Positions 63,187-64,000 of a stretch of 64,000 bases of DNA are shown here, in pieces. Location of the stretch: assembly GCA_026770705.1 (NCBI GenBank), contig JANJGN010000042.1:2604001-2668000 (forward strand), read 5' to 3'. Source of the stretch: Isurus oxyrinchus (lineage: Eukaryota). Within the stretch, counting starts at the first letter, position 1. Each line of letters opens with the position of its first letter. The notes beneath the pieces are model-generated. The model searched no databases. It had not been told where the DNA came from and was given only the letters and a program-made list of their open reading frames with translations. Made by a program: the position numbers and the translations under genes.

Positions 63187-64000
63187 AGACGCAAGGCTGA
63201 TTTGCCAACTTTCCTAAACCAGGGTGTCAGTGAATTTAAGCTTCAGATTGCTGCTACCGGGATGACAATCCTAGTTCTGTTGAAGGGTCATGAGCACTCG
63301 AAACATCAACTCTTTTCTTCTCCGCCGATGCTGCCAGACCTGCTGAGTTTTTCTAGGTAATTCTGTTTTTGTTTTGGATTTCCAGCATCCGCAGTTTTTT
63401 TGTTTTTATGACAATTGTTCTGTTCACTTTTACTCTTCCAAAATAAAGGGAGGGACGTTCACTGTGGATACATGGAAACAGTCTGATCCCACCCACTGCT
63501 GACACATCCATATCACCAGGAACGTGCTCTCCGACAACCGGTGCCGTCTTCTTTCCAGCCTTTCGGTGTCTTGTCTGTTACCAAGTATTCTGATTGTCCT
63601 GAAGCCAATGTTAGGTTTGAGTTCCTGATGTACAGTAACGAGAACCATTTCAATCTCTCAGGTCAGTTAATTTCACTGATAACTTCAGAGTCAATGTTCC
63701 AGCGTCTTAAAGAAGGGAAAGATGCCTTGAATGTCTCTGGTCAGTCGAACAGATCACCCTTCATTCTCCTCTGATTCTGGTTCCCAAAGAGTTTCTAAAG
63801 ATTCACAAAGCTGGAGACTGGGTTTTCTGTTTTGGTTCCTTCTCCATTTTCCCACCTGCCAACTGACAATATTTTCCAAATATTGAGGAGACAGAAAAGC
63901 CTTGAGACACAATTAGATCAGCCATGATCTTACTGAATGGCGGAGCAGGTTCAAAGGGCTGAATGGCCTCCTCCTGATCGTCATTCGTCCTTTCCTGTGT

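Larger units (their letters stand above)
60301..64000 (+). repeat. Segmental duplication copy B (direct repeat of 1-3695), runs off the window end
   Basis: Colinear with 1-3695, including the tRNA-Glu, -Lys and -Asn pseudogenes. Confidence 0.95.

Overview
Eukaryotic DNA from a cartilaginous fish, almost certainly a shark; the C-mu exons closely resemble horn shark (Heterodontus) IgM as I recall it. The core (34.2-53.7 kb, + strand) is one complete germline, unrearranged IgM heavy-chain minilocus: L-V-D1-D2-J-Cmu1-Cmu2-Cmu3-Cmu4/secretory tail-TM1-TM2, with all six RSSs readable. It has three anomalies. The leader and V look IgW-type rather than IgM-type. The D2 3' heptamer is mutated (CATAGCC). 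Cmu2 has a 1-nt frameshift, and skipping that exon would restore an in-frame three-C-domain chain. The minilocus is flanked on both sides by a mosaic of duplicated tRNA modules (Glu, Lys, Ser, Asn, Val, Thr, Leu): a few look intact, most are decayed. The flanks also hold Penelope-like elements with minimal hammerhead motifs, CR1-type LINE fragments, SINEs, an NRF1/YY1-type CpG promoter remnant and two copies of a degenerate 27-bp (9-codon) array. Bases 1-3695 recur at 60301-64000, suggesting a tRNA-field + Ig-cluster duplication unit of about 60.3 kb. Most ORFs in the supplied track are spurious. All similarities were judged by eye or from memory; no searches were run.
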